From a virus: a DNA stretch of 64,000 bases. The position numbers and the translations under genes are program-made. Under the pieces are notes generated by a model that was not told where the DNA came from, did no database searches, and saw only the letters and a program-made list of their open reading frames with translations. The stretch spans positions 96,001 to 160,000 of IMG/VR virus record IMGVR_UViG_3300023199_000051; one strand, given 5' to 3'. The stretch's first letter is position 1; each line of letters opens with the position of its first letter. Below, in pieces: positions 27,265 to 36,647 of the stretch.

Positions 27265-28052
27265 TGGGGCGGAAGAGCGCAGCGAAGAAGAGGGCAAAGA
27301 AGCTACGGCGCAAGAAAAGGCGCAAGAAGCAGGCAAGGAGGAACGAGCCCTTCATCACGATTCGAGATCACGATGAGCTGGAAGGCTACGTCTACGTCCA
27401 CATCGGCATCCCCACCGAAGGCATGCCAGAGGCGGAGTACGAAGAACAGGGAGCACTTGACCGGCTGCGGCGGTTCATCATCATGTACCAGCGGGGCGTT
27501 GCCGGGGTTGGACCGACAGCGGACAAAGGGTGGCTGTTTGCGCCCGCTCATGGCGATTCAGAAGGGGCGTACTGGAAGCAGTGGCAGGCATCGACCCTGG
27601 CACACTTCACCATCCACCTTCCTCGCGCAGAAGGGGTCGAGAATGGCAAGCACACAGGGGATGCTTCAGCTAGTGCGCTGCACGACTTACTCAGGACCTA
27701 CTGGTACGTCGTCGACACCACAACTCCTGACCGCGTAGTCGAGGAGCTGAGCGAGGACGCTGGGAAGATGGTCAACCACTTCGCCTACGCCAATGGCTGG
27801 CGCTTTCAGTACAGTGCCGACGATCTACTCGAAGGGGGAGGGCAGCTTTGTCAGTTCTCTGCGCAACTCGTACCCGTCGGCCGCGGATCTGACGAGGAAG
27901 ACTGGCAGTTCCTCGGAGCTGTGATGGCGACACTTGGAGTGCCGGGGCCAGACGGCCCAGCACCAGGCGTCGAAGAGGTGAAGGCGCCCGATCTCGCCAA
28001 CGATCCTCCTGGGGACCGGCATCGCTGGATCTGGCGTGTAGTGGCAAGCTGA
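27264..28052 (+). CDS. Hypothetical protein
   Basis: TAATG overlap; 262 aa. Confidence 0.65.
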   Translation: MGRKSAAKKRAKKLRRKKRRKKQARRNEPFITIRDHDELEGYVYVHIGIPTEGMPEAEYEEQGALDRLRRFIIMYQRGVAGVGPTADKGWLFAPAHGDSEGAYWKQWQASTLAHFTIHLPRAEGVENGKHTGDASASALHDLLRTYWYVVDTTTPDRVVEELSEDAGKMVNHFAYANGWRFQYSADDLLEGGGQLCQFSAQLVPVGRGSDEEDWQFLGAVMATLGVPGPDGPAPGVEEVKAPDLANDPPGDRHRWIWRVVAS

Positions 28053-28065
28053 TGGAAAGTAGGAC

Positions 28066-28617
28066 ATGAGCAGCGCGGGCAACGACACCATCTTCATGGT
28101 CACCGGGCACCGACCTGCGGGCATCGGGGGCACCTACCAACGGCACCAATGGGTACGCACCCAGCTACGGGACATCCTCGCCAAGATGAAGGAGATGCAC
28201 GGCGGCAACCTGGTTGCGCTGATGGGGATGGCGCGGGGTGCTGACACCTGGTTCGGGCTCGAAGCGGTGAAGCTGGGAATCCGCTTGCACATTGACATCC
28301 CCTTCGAGGGACACGGGGACAAGCTCGGGGGCAGCGATCGTGAGGCCTACGACAAGCTCGTCGACTATGCAGAGCATGTAGAGGTGCTTGCTGGAGTTCC
28401 GGCTAGCTATGGCGAGATGGTCCTGCGCTTCCGAGCGAGGAACCAGCGTATGGTCGATCGGGCCCACTATGCAGTGGCTGTGTGGTCAGGCACACCGCGC
28501 GGGGGCACCGCCCACGCAGTCCGGCTCCTCAGAGAGAAAGGCACGATCACGCTGCACGTCCATCCTGGGATGCGCACTGTAACGATGCTCTCTGGAGTTT
28601 CGACACCAGCGACTTGA
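28066..28617 (+). CDS. SLOG-family (YspA/DUF1273-like) protein
   Basis: MVTGHRP, GMARGADTW, IPFEGH, RNQRMVD and AVWSG...GGTAHAV. Confidence 0.85.
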   Translation: MSSAGNDTIFMVTGHRPAGIGGTYQRHQWVRTQLRDILAKMKEMHGGNLVALMGMARGADTWFGLEAVKLGIRLHIDIPFEGHGDKLGGSDREAYDKLVDYAEHVEVLAGVPASYGEMVLRFRARNQRMVDRAHYAVAVWSGTPRGGTAHAVRLLREKGTITLHVHPGMRTVTMLSGVSTPAT

Positions 28618-28642
28618 ACCTGTGCACGACATGCAATACAAC
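28614..28642 (+). promoter_or_regulatory. Sigma70-like promoter for the RecD-like gene
   Basis: TTGAAC-N17-TACAAC. Confidence 0.45.
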
Positions 28643-28665
28643 GAAGGGGCACCGAAGACTGACAC

Positions 28666-30681
28666 ATGACAGGGGGCCTCAAATACATGGGGGCGTACGG
28701 TTCAGAAGAAGGCGCCTCCAGCGGGCAGCCACCAAGAAGCGCAGACAATGGCCGCCTGGGGAGGAGGCCAGAGCAGAAGCCTGGGGAGGTTTCGCTAGAA
28801 GCACTCTTGGGGGCGCCCGCGAACCCCGTGTCGGAGCAGGGGCAGTCTGAAGAGACGACCCAGCAGCTGATCGAGCCGCTGCCGGAGATCAGAGGCAAGC
28901 AAGTGAGTGCCGGTGTCGACAGCTTCAGTGCCATGGTCGCGGACATGAAAGGGGCCGGCATGCAGGGGGCTGCACATCCTGTGAGCGCTCCGCAGAAGGC
29001 GCACGGAGCCGCCGAGAAGACGCGTGTTGTCGATGGAGCTGACCAGAAGACAACCGCCGAGCGAATGGCTGCGAGAAGACACCACAACCTCGACACGGTG
29101 GACATCAACAAGGTTGTCGAGCCCCTTGGGATGACGCTGTCACCTGACCAGGTACAGGCAGCACGCCTCCTCCTCAAGCAACTTCGACACGGCCGGGACC
29201 CGATCAGTGTGCTCACGGGCGCGGCCGGCACCGGAAAGACCACACTCATGCGTGCCATCATCTACCTTGTTCGGAAGGTACTCGGCCGCCCCGTGGGCTG
29301 CATGGCTCCGACAGGCAAAGCGGCGGCCCGGCTCCGTGCCCTTACAGGTGAGGACACGACCACCATCCATGGACGCTTGTATGGTGCACCGACCGAGCAC
29401 GGGATCTGCCCTGACAAGGAGTGCCGGAAGGCTTCGGAGGAGCTGGGGCTGTCTGCGGGCCAGCTCAAGAAGTTCGATCCCCCGCTTGACCGCTGGAAGT
29501 GCCCGCACTGCCAGTCGGAGTTCAAGCTCGGGAAGGACGACAAGCCCTACCCCTACGATGATCAGGGCGTCCTCATGGACAAGCCCACCGCGTTCGAGAT
29601 CGAGCTGAAGTTCCCGGAGACGAAGCCAGCCCTGTGCTCCCCATTCGAGGTGCTGATCTGCGATGAGGCCTCCATGGTCTCGACGAAGGTCCATGACGAC
29701 TTGGTGAAGAAGCTGCCCTCGACGGCTCGACTCATGTATGTCGGGGACAGCGAGCAGCTCCCCCCGATCACCAGGGACGACGATGCAGACATTTACGACC
29801 TGTGGGGGCCTGATTTCCGCACGCCGACAGCGCAGCTCAGCCAGGTACACCGCCAGGCGGCCGGAAGTCCCATCATCCAAGTGGCCACCAAGATCCGTGA
29901 GGGGTGTTCGCCTCACGGCATCTTCGAGACGCCCGGTGATCTCGAAGGGCGCTGGCGGTGTGACCGAAGGGGCACGCTAGATCGGGCAGCACGGTGGCTC
30001 GCCGAGCGGCGCAAGGCAGGCATTACAGCCACTCTGCTGACCTACACGAACAAGACACGCAAGAAGACGAACGCGCTGGTTCGCCGCAAGACGGGGGCCG
30101 ACACACGGAGCCTCCAGGCTGGTATGCCCATCGTGGCTGGCGACTACACGGTGTGCTGCCACAACCAACATGCCGCTAAGTTCTACAACGGAGAAGTCTA
30201 CGGCGTGAGGAGCGTCAGGTGGATGCCGCCCTCGAAGAAGGGGGAGGTCGAGGCCAAGGCGCGCATCTTCAAGGAGACGTTGTTGCTGGTCGAGTTCGAG
30301 GGCCGCAAGGGCACGTGGTACGTCCCTGCCAAGGCCATCGGTGGAACCTACCGTGGTTACAGGCGAGAAATCTCCAGGTTCGTCCGCAACTGGAAGCAGA
30401 TGCGGAAGGAGTGGAACCGTCGGCCACTGTCGGCCAACATGACCTTCGAGGAGTACGCCGTGAACGTGGTCGGCTACCTCAACCCACAGCGCTTCTTGTT
30501 CCTCGACTACGGAGAGTGCTTGACGGTTCACCGGAGCCAGGGCAGTCAGTGGGAAGATGTCGGGTTCATCTGGGACCGATCTACCTGGGGCGCACACCGC
30601 CACAACTACCCTTTCTGGAAGCGGTTGATGTACACGGCTTGCACCCGTGCAGAGAAGCGCTTGGCGATCTGGGTTCTGTGA
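28666..30681 (+). CDS. SF1B RecD/Dda-like helicase with a Zn-ribbon insertion
   Basis: GAAGTGKTT, ICDEASMV, VGDSEQLPPI, QVHRQA, TVHRSQGSQW, YTACTRAEK. Confidence 0.9.
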   Translation: MTGGLKYMGAYGSEEGASSGQPPRSADNGRLGRRPEQKPGEVSLEALLGAPANPVSEQGQSEETTQQLIEPLPEIRGKQVSAGVDSFSAMVADMKGAGMQGAAHPVSAPQKAHGAAEKTRVVDGADQKTTAERMAARRHHNLDTVDINKVVEPLGMTLSPDQVQAARLLLKQLRHGRDPISVLTGAAGTGKTTLMRAIIYLVRKVLGRPVGCMAPTGKAAARLRALTGEDTTTIHGRLYGAPTEHGICPDKECRKASEELGLSAGQLKKFDPPLDRWKCPHCQSEFKLGKDDKPYPYDDQGVLMDKPTAFEIELKFPETKPALCSPFEVLICDEASMVSTKVHDDLVKKLPSTARLMYVGDSEQLPPITRDDDADIYDLWGPDFRTPTAQLSQVHRQAAGSPIIQVATKIREGCSPHGIFETPGDLEGRWRCDRRGTLDRAARWLAERRKAGITATLLTYTNKTRKKTNALVRRKTGADTRSLQAGMPIVAGDYTVCCHNQHAAKFYNGEVYGVRSVRWMPPSKKGEVEAKARIFKETLLLVEFEGRKGTWYVPAKAIGGTYRGYRREISRFVRNWKQMRKEWNRRPLSANMTFEEYAVNVVGYLNPQRFLFLDYGECLTVHRSQGSQWEDVGFIWDRSTWGAHRHNYPFWKRLMYTACTRAEKRLAIWVL

Positions 30682-30694
30682 CTACGGAGGGACT

Positions 30695-31177
30695 ATGAAA
30701 GCAATCATCGACTTCACCTTTGGATCTGCGCAGCGGCTGTGGCGGGAGCGTGTTGGACCCGAGCTGGTTGACGGGCTCAAGAGCGCCGCACGCGCACTCG
30801 AATGTGACCACGGAGCCAACCAGGCGTACATCAAGGTCATTGAGCGAGCGCACAGCAACGCACCCCTCCTCAAAGTCCCGGACCCCACCCAGGATCCCGA
30901 CGGCTACGCCTCGGTCCTCGGAACGCGCTCACACGAGGTGCAGCTCGCAGCCATTCAGGAAGCAGCCGAGTGCGCACGGCACGACTACACGCGGCTCATC
31001 CTCCAGGGAGCAATCGAGCTGCTGCGCAACCACCCTGGAGTCTTCGTGACTGCTGTGGAGTGCGTACTGGAAACCCGGAAGAAGGCGCATGCCAATCCGC
31101 CCATCTGCATGAACTCAGTCACTGAGGCGCCCCCTGATGTTCGAGGCTGGGTACCCCCTGCCGTGGCAGAAGCGTAG
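30695..31177 (+). CDS. Hypothetical protein
   Basis: ATG 30695 with a GGAGG RBS. Confidence 0.65.
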   Translation: MKAIIDFTFGSAQRLWRERVGPELVDGLKSAARALECDHGANQAYIKVIERAHSNAPLLKVPDPTQDPDGYASVLGTRSHEVQLAAIQEAAECARHDYTRLILQGAIELLRNHPGVFVTAVECVLETRKKAHANPPICMNSVTEAPPDVRGWVPPAVAEA

Positions 31178-31247
31178 GCGCAGCAGAGATCACCGAGGTA
31201 AGTACACACTCGCGGTATCATGTTCACGCATCACCTGGAGACACCAC

Positions 31248-31886
31248 ATGCCCATCAAGTACACAATCGACATCAGCGATACCCCAGCTGGTACCTACAC
31301 CTTCGTCAAGGAAGCCATCGAAGACGCTGTCGAAGGCGACGACCCCTGGGACTACGACAAGCCCACCTTCACGGTGAAGGGCGCCACGGCCGAGCAGGCG
31401 GAAGCCATCGCAGACGTCATCGCGAGCTTCGATCTGAAGGGCGAGGCCGTGCATCTGACCGTCGAAGCGGAGGGTGATGAGGATGGAGACGGAGAGATCG
31501 TCCTGGTCGACGGCGACGGTGACGAAGTCGAGCCGCTGGCCATCGAGGAAGCAAGCGGTGATGACTCCGACTCCGAGCCCGACTCCGACTCCGAGCCCGA
31601 CTCCGACTCCGAGCCCGACTCCGACTCCGACTCCGACACCAGCGACTCCGGGTCCGACACCATCGCCGTGCCCAGCGACGTCTACCACCGCATCCTGTCC
31701 GCGCAGCGTCGTCGGCCTGCCCCGCAGCGGTTCGTGGTGGGCGACACCGCGCTGCAGATCAACGAGGCCTCCGGTCGTGGCCAGTTCGCTGCCATCCAGC
31801 TGCGTCCCGAGTACGTCTACTTCGGCGCCGGCACCTACACCGAGGCGGTGGATCTCCTGATCGAGGCTGTCCACGAAGCCAGATGA
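31248..31886 (+). CDS. Acidic hypothetical protein with DSDSEP repeats
   Basis: ATG 31248 with a GGAG RBS; 18-bp GACTCCGACTCCGAGCCC x3 at 31563-31616. Confidence 0.75.
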   Translation: MPIKYTIDISDTPAGTYTFVKEAIEDAVEGDDPWDYDKPTFTVKGATAEQAEAIADVIASFDLKGEAVHLTVEAEGDEDGDGEIVLVDGDGDEVEPLAIEEASGDDSDSEPDSDSEPDSDSEPDSDSDSDTSDSGSDTIAVPSDVYHRILSAQRRRPAPQRFVVGDTALQINEASGRGQFAAIQLRPEYVYFGAGTYTEAVDLLIEAVHEAR

Positions 31887-31986
31887 CCCTTCTGGGCGCG
31901 GTGTGTGAGTAGCGTTGATCCCCATTCCGTGAAAGCGCACCGCGTCCACTCCACCTGAACACCCACTGTGATCGGACACCTGCGAC

Positions 31987-32229
31987 ATGAGCGACTACAT
32001 CTTCCCCTGCAATCCTGATCTGTTCAATGCCTGGAAGGCACTGGGCCATCAACTGCAGGGAGTGGCCACCGCCGGAGCCGGCCTGGCGCAGAACCCGATG
32101 GAGGCCGATGAGGCCAATGTCCGAGAGTGGCTATCTGTCTTCGTGAAGGAACGGGATGAAGCGCTCGCCGAGCTGAAGCATCTTGAAGAGCGCACAGCTG
32201 CGTACGTGGCTGCGTGCCGCAAGGTATAA
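31987..32229 (+). CDS. Small hypothetical protein
   Basis: 80-aa co-oriented ORF with a coiled-coil-like end. Confidence 0.5.
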   Translation: MSDYIFPCNPDLFNAWKALGHQLQGVATAGAGLAQNPMEADEANVREWLSVFVKERDEALAELKHLEERTAAYVAACRKV

Positions 32230-33239
32230 GGGCCGTGATCGACGAGATCGCGCACCACACCCTGGCCTTTTGCCGGGAGCGTGTTGACGGGAGGGAGCCG
32301 GAGTTCCACCTCAACACCTTGCAGCAGTACATCCAGACGCGAGTCTACGGTGCCTCCGCACAGAGTGCAGGGCAAGCCTTGGAACAGCTTATGGAGCAGA
32401 GCACCATCACGTGCCAGGTGCTCTCCAGGGATGCAGCCCTGTACAGAATCGTGATGCCGGATGATGGAGATCAGGGCCGTCAGTACGAGCGTCTGGCGCG
32501 CTACTACACCCCGAACAAGCTGGCCGACGTCATCACACGGCAGCTGCCTATCAGGCCGGGGCACCACATCCTTGAAGGGCACATCGGAAGCGGTGCTTGG
32601 GGAAGGGCAGTGCAGCGACTTGCCTGCATGGGGGTTCCTACCTCCTTGGAGGTCAACGACCTCGATAAGGAGGCACCGGGGCTCAAGCGGAGCTTGTACC
32701 GGCAGCTCATCTGTGCGTTCGATGCCTGGGACTCGATGGATGCGTGCCCTTACGACCCCTTCCTCGCGCACACGGGCAGCTTCCTGGACCTAGCTCCCCA
32801 GGTAGATCCGCACTGGGTGCTAGGCAACCCTCCGTACGCCATCCCCCCACCGATGAAGGAGTGCCCCTCCTGTGAAGGCACTGGCCACAAGGGCAAGGCG
32901 CGGCGCCGGTGCAGGAAGTGCAAGGGGGCAGGCACGTACCAGCCGCGTGCCGTGCCAGTCGCTGAGGAGCACATTCGCTACGCGCTGAAGCTGGCACGGC
33001 CTGCTCTAGGGTCCGTCGTGTACCTGCTCCGCTCGGCCATCGCCGAGAGCGCTGAGCGCATTCCCTTCTGGGAGGCGTTCCCAGCTCGGCACGAGTGGAA
33101 GCTCGCCGAGCGCCCGAGCTTTGACGGCCAAGGCACCGACAGCTGCATGTACTCAGTGTTCTGGTGGGACTGGGAGTGGCTTGAAGCCGGAAATCGCAAC
33201 GGAAATGGAACCTGGGAGGTGCTTTCATGGGACGCGTGA
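32214..33239 (+). CDS. N6-adenine DNA methyltransferase (motif I before NPPY)
   Basis: RYYTP, ILEGHIGSGAW (SAM-binding) and VLGNPPYA; the start is uncertain. Confidence 0.85.
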   Translation: MPQGIRAVIDEIAHHTLAFCRERVDGREPEFHLNTLQQYIQTRVYGASAQSAGQALEQLMEQSTITCQVLSRDAALYRIVMPDDGDQGRQYERLARYYTPNKLADVITRQLPIRPGHHILEGHIGSGAWGRAVQRLACMGVPTSLEVNDLDKEAPGLKRSLYRQLICAFDAWDSMDACPYDPFLAHTGSFLDLAPQVDPHWVLGNPPYAIPPPMKECPSCEGTGHKGKARRRCRKCKGAGTYQPRAVPVAEEHIRYALKLARPALGSVVYLLRSAIAESAERIPFWEAFPARHEWKLAERPSFDGQGTDSCMYSVFWWDWEWLEAGNRNGNGTWEVLSWDA

Positions 33240-34582
33240 AGCTGATTCGGGGGGACGCGCTCGGCGTCCTCAAGCAGATGCCTGATTGCTGCATCGACGC
33301 CATCGTGAGCGACCCGCCAGCCGGAATCGAGTTCATGGGCAAGAAGTGGGACCGGCCCGACGCGAATGTGAGGAGCTGGGAACAGGGGATGTCGAAGCAC
33401 GGCTTCACCGACGGAGCTGATCGCGTAGCAGCTCCAAAGCTGGGAGGCAGTTCCAAGAACCCGACATGTCGACGGTGTGGCAAGCGGCAGCGGACGTGGA
33501 AGACAGGGCCTCCAGCCTGCACCTGCACGCAGCCCGACTTCCCGAATCCGACCGTCCGACTACGGACCGACTTCATCGCGGGCATGGCCTCCATCTTCGT
33601 TCAGTGCCTCCGTGTCCTCAAGCCCGGCGCCTTCGCGCTTGTGTGGGGCATCCCGAAGCGGAGTCACTGGACCGCCTGCGCCCTGGAAGACGCCGGCTTC
33701 GAGCTGCACGACCGCCTGTCGCACTTCTTCGGCACCGGCCGGCCCATGACGCACAAGCACATCCTCAAGCCGGCCGTCGAGGACTGGATCCTCGCGCGCA
33801 AGCCGCCAGGGCGGACGCTCAAGGGCACCGTCGAGAAGTGGGGAACGGGCCTGCTCAACATCGACGGATGCCGCGTAGGCACTACAGGCGCTCGCAACAA
33901 CGGCCGCAAGAAGGACAGCGACATCTATGGCGACTACGGCTCCTCGGAGCGGGTGGACTACAACATGGGCCGCTGGCCGCCGCACCTGCTCCTGTCGCAT
34001 GGGGCGGGGTGTCGAGCAGACGCCTGCGAGCCAGGCTGTCCTGTGGCACTGCTGGATGCTCAGAGCGGCACGTTGCAGTCCGGCAAGGACACCGTGAAGC
34101 GTGCGTCTGGTGCCGACCAGGAAGGGAACACGGGCGAGTCCCACGGTGCAGAGTGCCGACCGTCTGGAACCCCGATGGTCTTCTACGGCGACAAGGGCGG
34201 AGCTTCCCGCTTCTTCCCGACCTTCCGGTACCAGGCCAAGGCGAAGTCCGACGAGAAGTTCGTCTGGTGCTACGACTGCGAGGAGGTCTGGTGCTGGGGC
34301 GACAAGGCCGCGAAGAAGCGGCACAAGGGCCACAAGCGTGAGAGGCACCCGACGCTGAAGTCGATCGACCTGATGTGCTGGCTCGTCCGTCTGGCAGGGC
34401 ACAACGAGCTGGAGGGCCACACGCCCGTGCTTCTCGATCCCTTCATGGGCACAGGCAGCACAGGGGTGGCCTGCTGCCGGGAGGGTAAGGACTTCATCGG
34501 AGTCGAGCGGGAGTCGGTGGTGACCGGCGGGCACCCCTACTTCGAGATTGCCGAGTACCGCCTTGCAGTGGAGAACAGGTGA
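33227..34582 (+). CDS. Beta-class N4-C/N6-A DNA methyltransferase
   Basis: GDAL..LKQM, IVSDPPAG (DPPY variant), HPTLKS and LLDPFMGTGST. Confidence 0.9.
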   Translation: MGRVKLIRGDALGVLKQMPDCCIDAIVSDPPAGIEFMGKKWDRPDANVRSWEQGMSKHGFTDGADRVAAPKLGGSSKNPTCRRCGKRQRTWKTGPPACTCTQPDFPNPTVRLRTDFIAGMASIFVQCLRVLKPGAFALVWGIPKRSHWTACALEDAGFELHDRLSHFFGTGRPMTHKHILKPAVEDWILARKPPGRTLKGTVEKWGTGLLNIDGCRVGTTGARNNGRKKDSDIYGDYGSSERVDYNMGRWPPHLLLSHGAGCRADACEPGCPVALLDAQSGTLQSGKDTVKRASGADQEGNTGESHGAECRPSGTPMVFYGDKGGASRFFPTFRYQAKAKSDEKFVWCYDCEEVWCWGDKAAKKRHKGHKRERHPTLKSIDLMCWLVRLAGHNELEGHTPVLLDPFMGTGSTGVACCREGKDFIGVERESVVTGGHPYFEIAEYRLAVENR

Positions 34583-35019
34583 GCCTGGCCGAAGACATCA
34601 AGCAGCTTCGGGGCTTTTTGGGCTTGACCCAGGGGGAGCTGGGGGGACAGCTGGGGCGCACGGGGGCTGCCGTGAGCTTGTGGGAGATGGAGTGGAACAA
34701 CCCGAGCCGGAACATGCTGCACAGGCTGAGTAGACTCGCAAGGCAAGCACAGGCTCATGACCTGGCTGAGCGCTTTGAGGAAGCAGTCAAAGGATCAGTG
34801 GAATGGACGTCGACGGAGAAGCAACGGGTCCAGCTCCAAGAGTGGCTAGCGAAGCAGGAGAAGGGAGTCAGTCCGCGTGACTGCGCCAGTGCGCTGGGGT
34901 GGACAGTGGGCAGGTCGCGGTCGAGGCTCAAGGAGCTGGAAGATCACGGGGTGGCACGGCGCGTGAGGCCTGAGAAGTCGCGGTACCCGGCACTGTGGCA
35001 GCTTGTGGACCCGGCATGA
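34579..35019 (+). CDS. XRE-family HTH regulator with a second winged-HTH-like domain
   Basis: LRGFLGLTQGELGGQLGRTGAAVSLWE; C-terminal CASALGWTVGRSRSRLKELE. Confidence 0.8.
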   Translation: MSLAEDIKQLRGFLGLTQGELGGQLGRTGAAVSLWEMEWNNPSRNMLHRLSRLARQAQAHDLAERFEEAVKGSVEWTSTEKQRVQLQEWLAKQEKGVSPRDCASALGWTVGRSRSRLKELEDHGVARRVRPEKSRYPALWQLVDPA

Positions 35020-35041
35020 TCCGCCGCATAGCTGCGGGGGC

Positions 35042-35428
35042 ATGCTTCCAGTTGCTGCCATCTACCAGCTCCGCGGCGCGCTTCTGCGCATCGGGCAACA
35101 CCTCGATGACTACGGCACACCGGTGCCGGATCACCTCTGGGATGGCCTTTGCTCTGATATCAGAGCAGCTGCCATCGCACTCGACGAGCACCTGTCCAGT
35201 ACGAGCCGAGAGGCGAAAGCCACACTTCCATCCGCACTGCGTAGCCTCCGTGGCGGGACGCCGACAGCGATCACTCTCTCAGCTCCAGGTCGCAACCTGC
35301 TGCTGCTCGGGGTATGGCCTGTCGAGGCCCGGCTGGGGCGTATGTGCAACCCGATCGTCCGTGCCCGGTGGGAAGCGGATGTGGTTGGTGAGACGATGCG
35401 GTCAGATTCTGTCCGAGACGTGCGCTAG
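35042..35428 (+). CDS. Hypothetical protein
   Basis: The most plausible of several overlapping frames; start uncertain. Confidence 0.35.
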   Translation: MLPVAAIYQLRGALLRIGQHLDDYGTPVPDHLWDGLCSDIRAAAIALDEHLSSTSREAKATLPSALRSLRGGTPTAITLSAPGRNLLLLGVWPVEARLGRMCNPIVRARWEADVVGETMRSDSVRDVR

Positions 35429-35469
35429 TCTTCAGGCGCTGACCACTCCAAGCGCATAAGGCCCGTACC

Positions 35470-36495
35470 ATGTTCAACTTCTCGAAGACGAAGCTCCGCG
35501 ACAGCTACACAGCTGCCACACCCGGGCAGGTGGAGGTTGATCCCGACCGAATCCTCATCGACTCCGGCCCATCGGAGCGAGGCTGGCACCGGCTGGAGAC
35601 CTTTCTCCGCTGTCCACAGCTGTACAGCTACAAGTACAACATCCCAGAGGAGGCCCAGCTCGACGACGACAAGACGGCACTCGTACGTGGGTCGCTCATC
35701 CATGTCGGGGTCGCGCACTACTACGCGAGGCGTGGTGCGACGCAGCGGAAGAAGCACGGCAAGAGCCAGGACGGCGTGATCTGGTACGAAGACCACCGTG
35801 ACAGCGAGGGCAACCTCATCAAGGATGAGCGGGGTCATGCCATCTACACCAAGCATCGCATCACCGACCACGAACGCTTCTACGAACCCCTGGACGCCAT
35901 GGCGCTGGCCGCCGATCGGTGGGCGGCTGAGGGTAGCAAGATCGCGCACAAGCTATTGCCGCTCACACAAGACGCCGTCGAGCACTACATCAAGCACTGG
36001 CGCGGAACGAGCAGCGACCGCTTCGATGTTGTCGGTGTCGAGTTCCCAATGCGCACCAAGATCTTCGGCACGCGCTTGTTCACCTGCCGCGCCGACCTCG
36101 GCATCCGCAACCGGCAAGGCGTGTACATTGTAGATCACAAGAGCAGTAGCGCCCCCACTGCGGCAAAGACGTTGATGCGGTACGCGCTGTCGGGCCAGAT
36201 TCATGGCCTGCACGGCTTCGGGCGCATGCACTGGGGCAAGGAGTACAAGGGGGTGATCATCAACATCATAGGTGCCCGTGCTCCCTTCAAGATGCGCCGT
36301 GAGCGGCCCCCTGCTGCTCCCGCCATGACCGCGCGGTTCCCGCAGATCATCCTCGACACGGAAGCGGCCATCGAGGCGCTGACGGACCGGGACCCCTGGA
36401 AGTGGCCTGTCGCCGCCAACGAGTTCGTGTGCATGACCCCCTACGGCAAGTGCCCGGCGTGGGATCTCTGTGCCTGGGGCAACAGGAAGAGGTGA
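35470..36495 (+). CDS. Cas4/RecB-like PD-(D/E)xK exonuclease with a probable Fe-S cluster
   Basis: FLRCPQ, RGSLIH, CRADL, IVDHKSS, and C-terminal C-x6-C-x5-C. Confidence 0.85.
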   Translation: MFNFSKTKLRDSYTAATPGQVEVDPDRILIDSGPSERGWHRLETFLRCPQLYSYKYNIPEEAQLDDDKTALVRGSLIHVGVAHYYARRGATQRKKHGKSQDGVIWYEDHRDSEGNLIKDERGHAIYTKHRITDHERFYEPLDAMALAADRWAAEGSKIAHKLLPLTQDAVEHYIKHWRGTSSDRFDVVGVEFPMRTKIFGTRLFTCRADLGIRNRQGVYIVDHKSSSAPTAAKTLMRYALSGQIHGLHGFGRMHWGKEYKGVIINIIGARAPFKMRRERPPAAPAMTARFPQIILDTEAAIEALTDRDPWKWPVAANEFVCMTPYGKCPAWDLCAWGNRKR

Positions 36496-36594
36496 AGCGA
36501 CGTGTCAGGCCCGCGATCAGGGCAAGGATCCTAGCAAAGAGTGCATGATGATCACGGGTCAATGCGGGTAATCAAAACTTCATTGCGCAGCGCC

Positions 36595-36623
36595 TTGACC
36601 CGTCTCAACTGCCACGGTAAAAC
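36595..36623 (+). promoter_or_regulatory. Sigma70-like promoter for the AAA_24-SSB-polymerase block
   Basis: TTGACC-N17-TAAAAC. Confidence 0.55.
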
Positions 36624-36647
36624 ACCTGCACACCGAAGGACTGACAC

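Noticed and set aside
31563-31637. DSDSEP, QAPPQ (8508-8586) and ADTFGND (25466-25515) coding repeats as CRISPR-like or functional arrays
   Set aside because: They are in-frame low-complexity linker expansions with no unique spacers.
35470-36495. Calling this gene CRISPR-associated cas4
   Set aside because: It lies 18 kb from the array, within an AAA_24/SSB/polymerase module and without cas1, so a recombination nuclease is more parsimonious.
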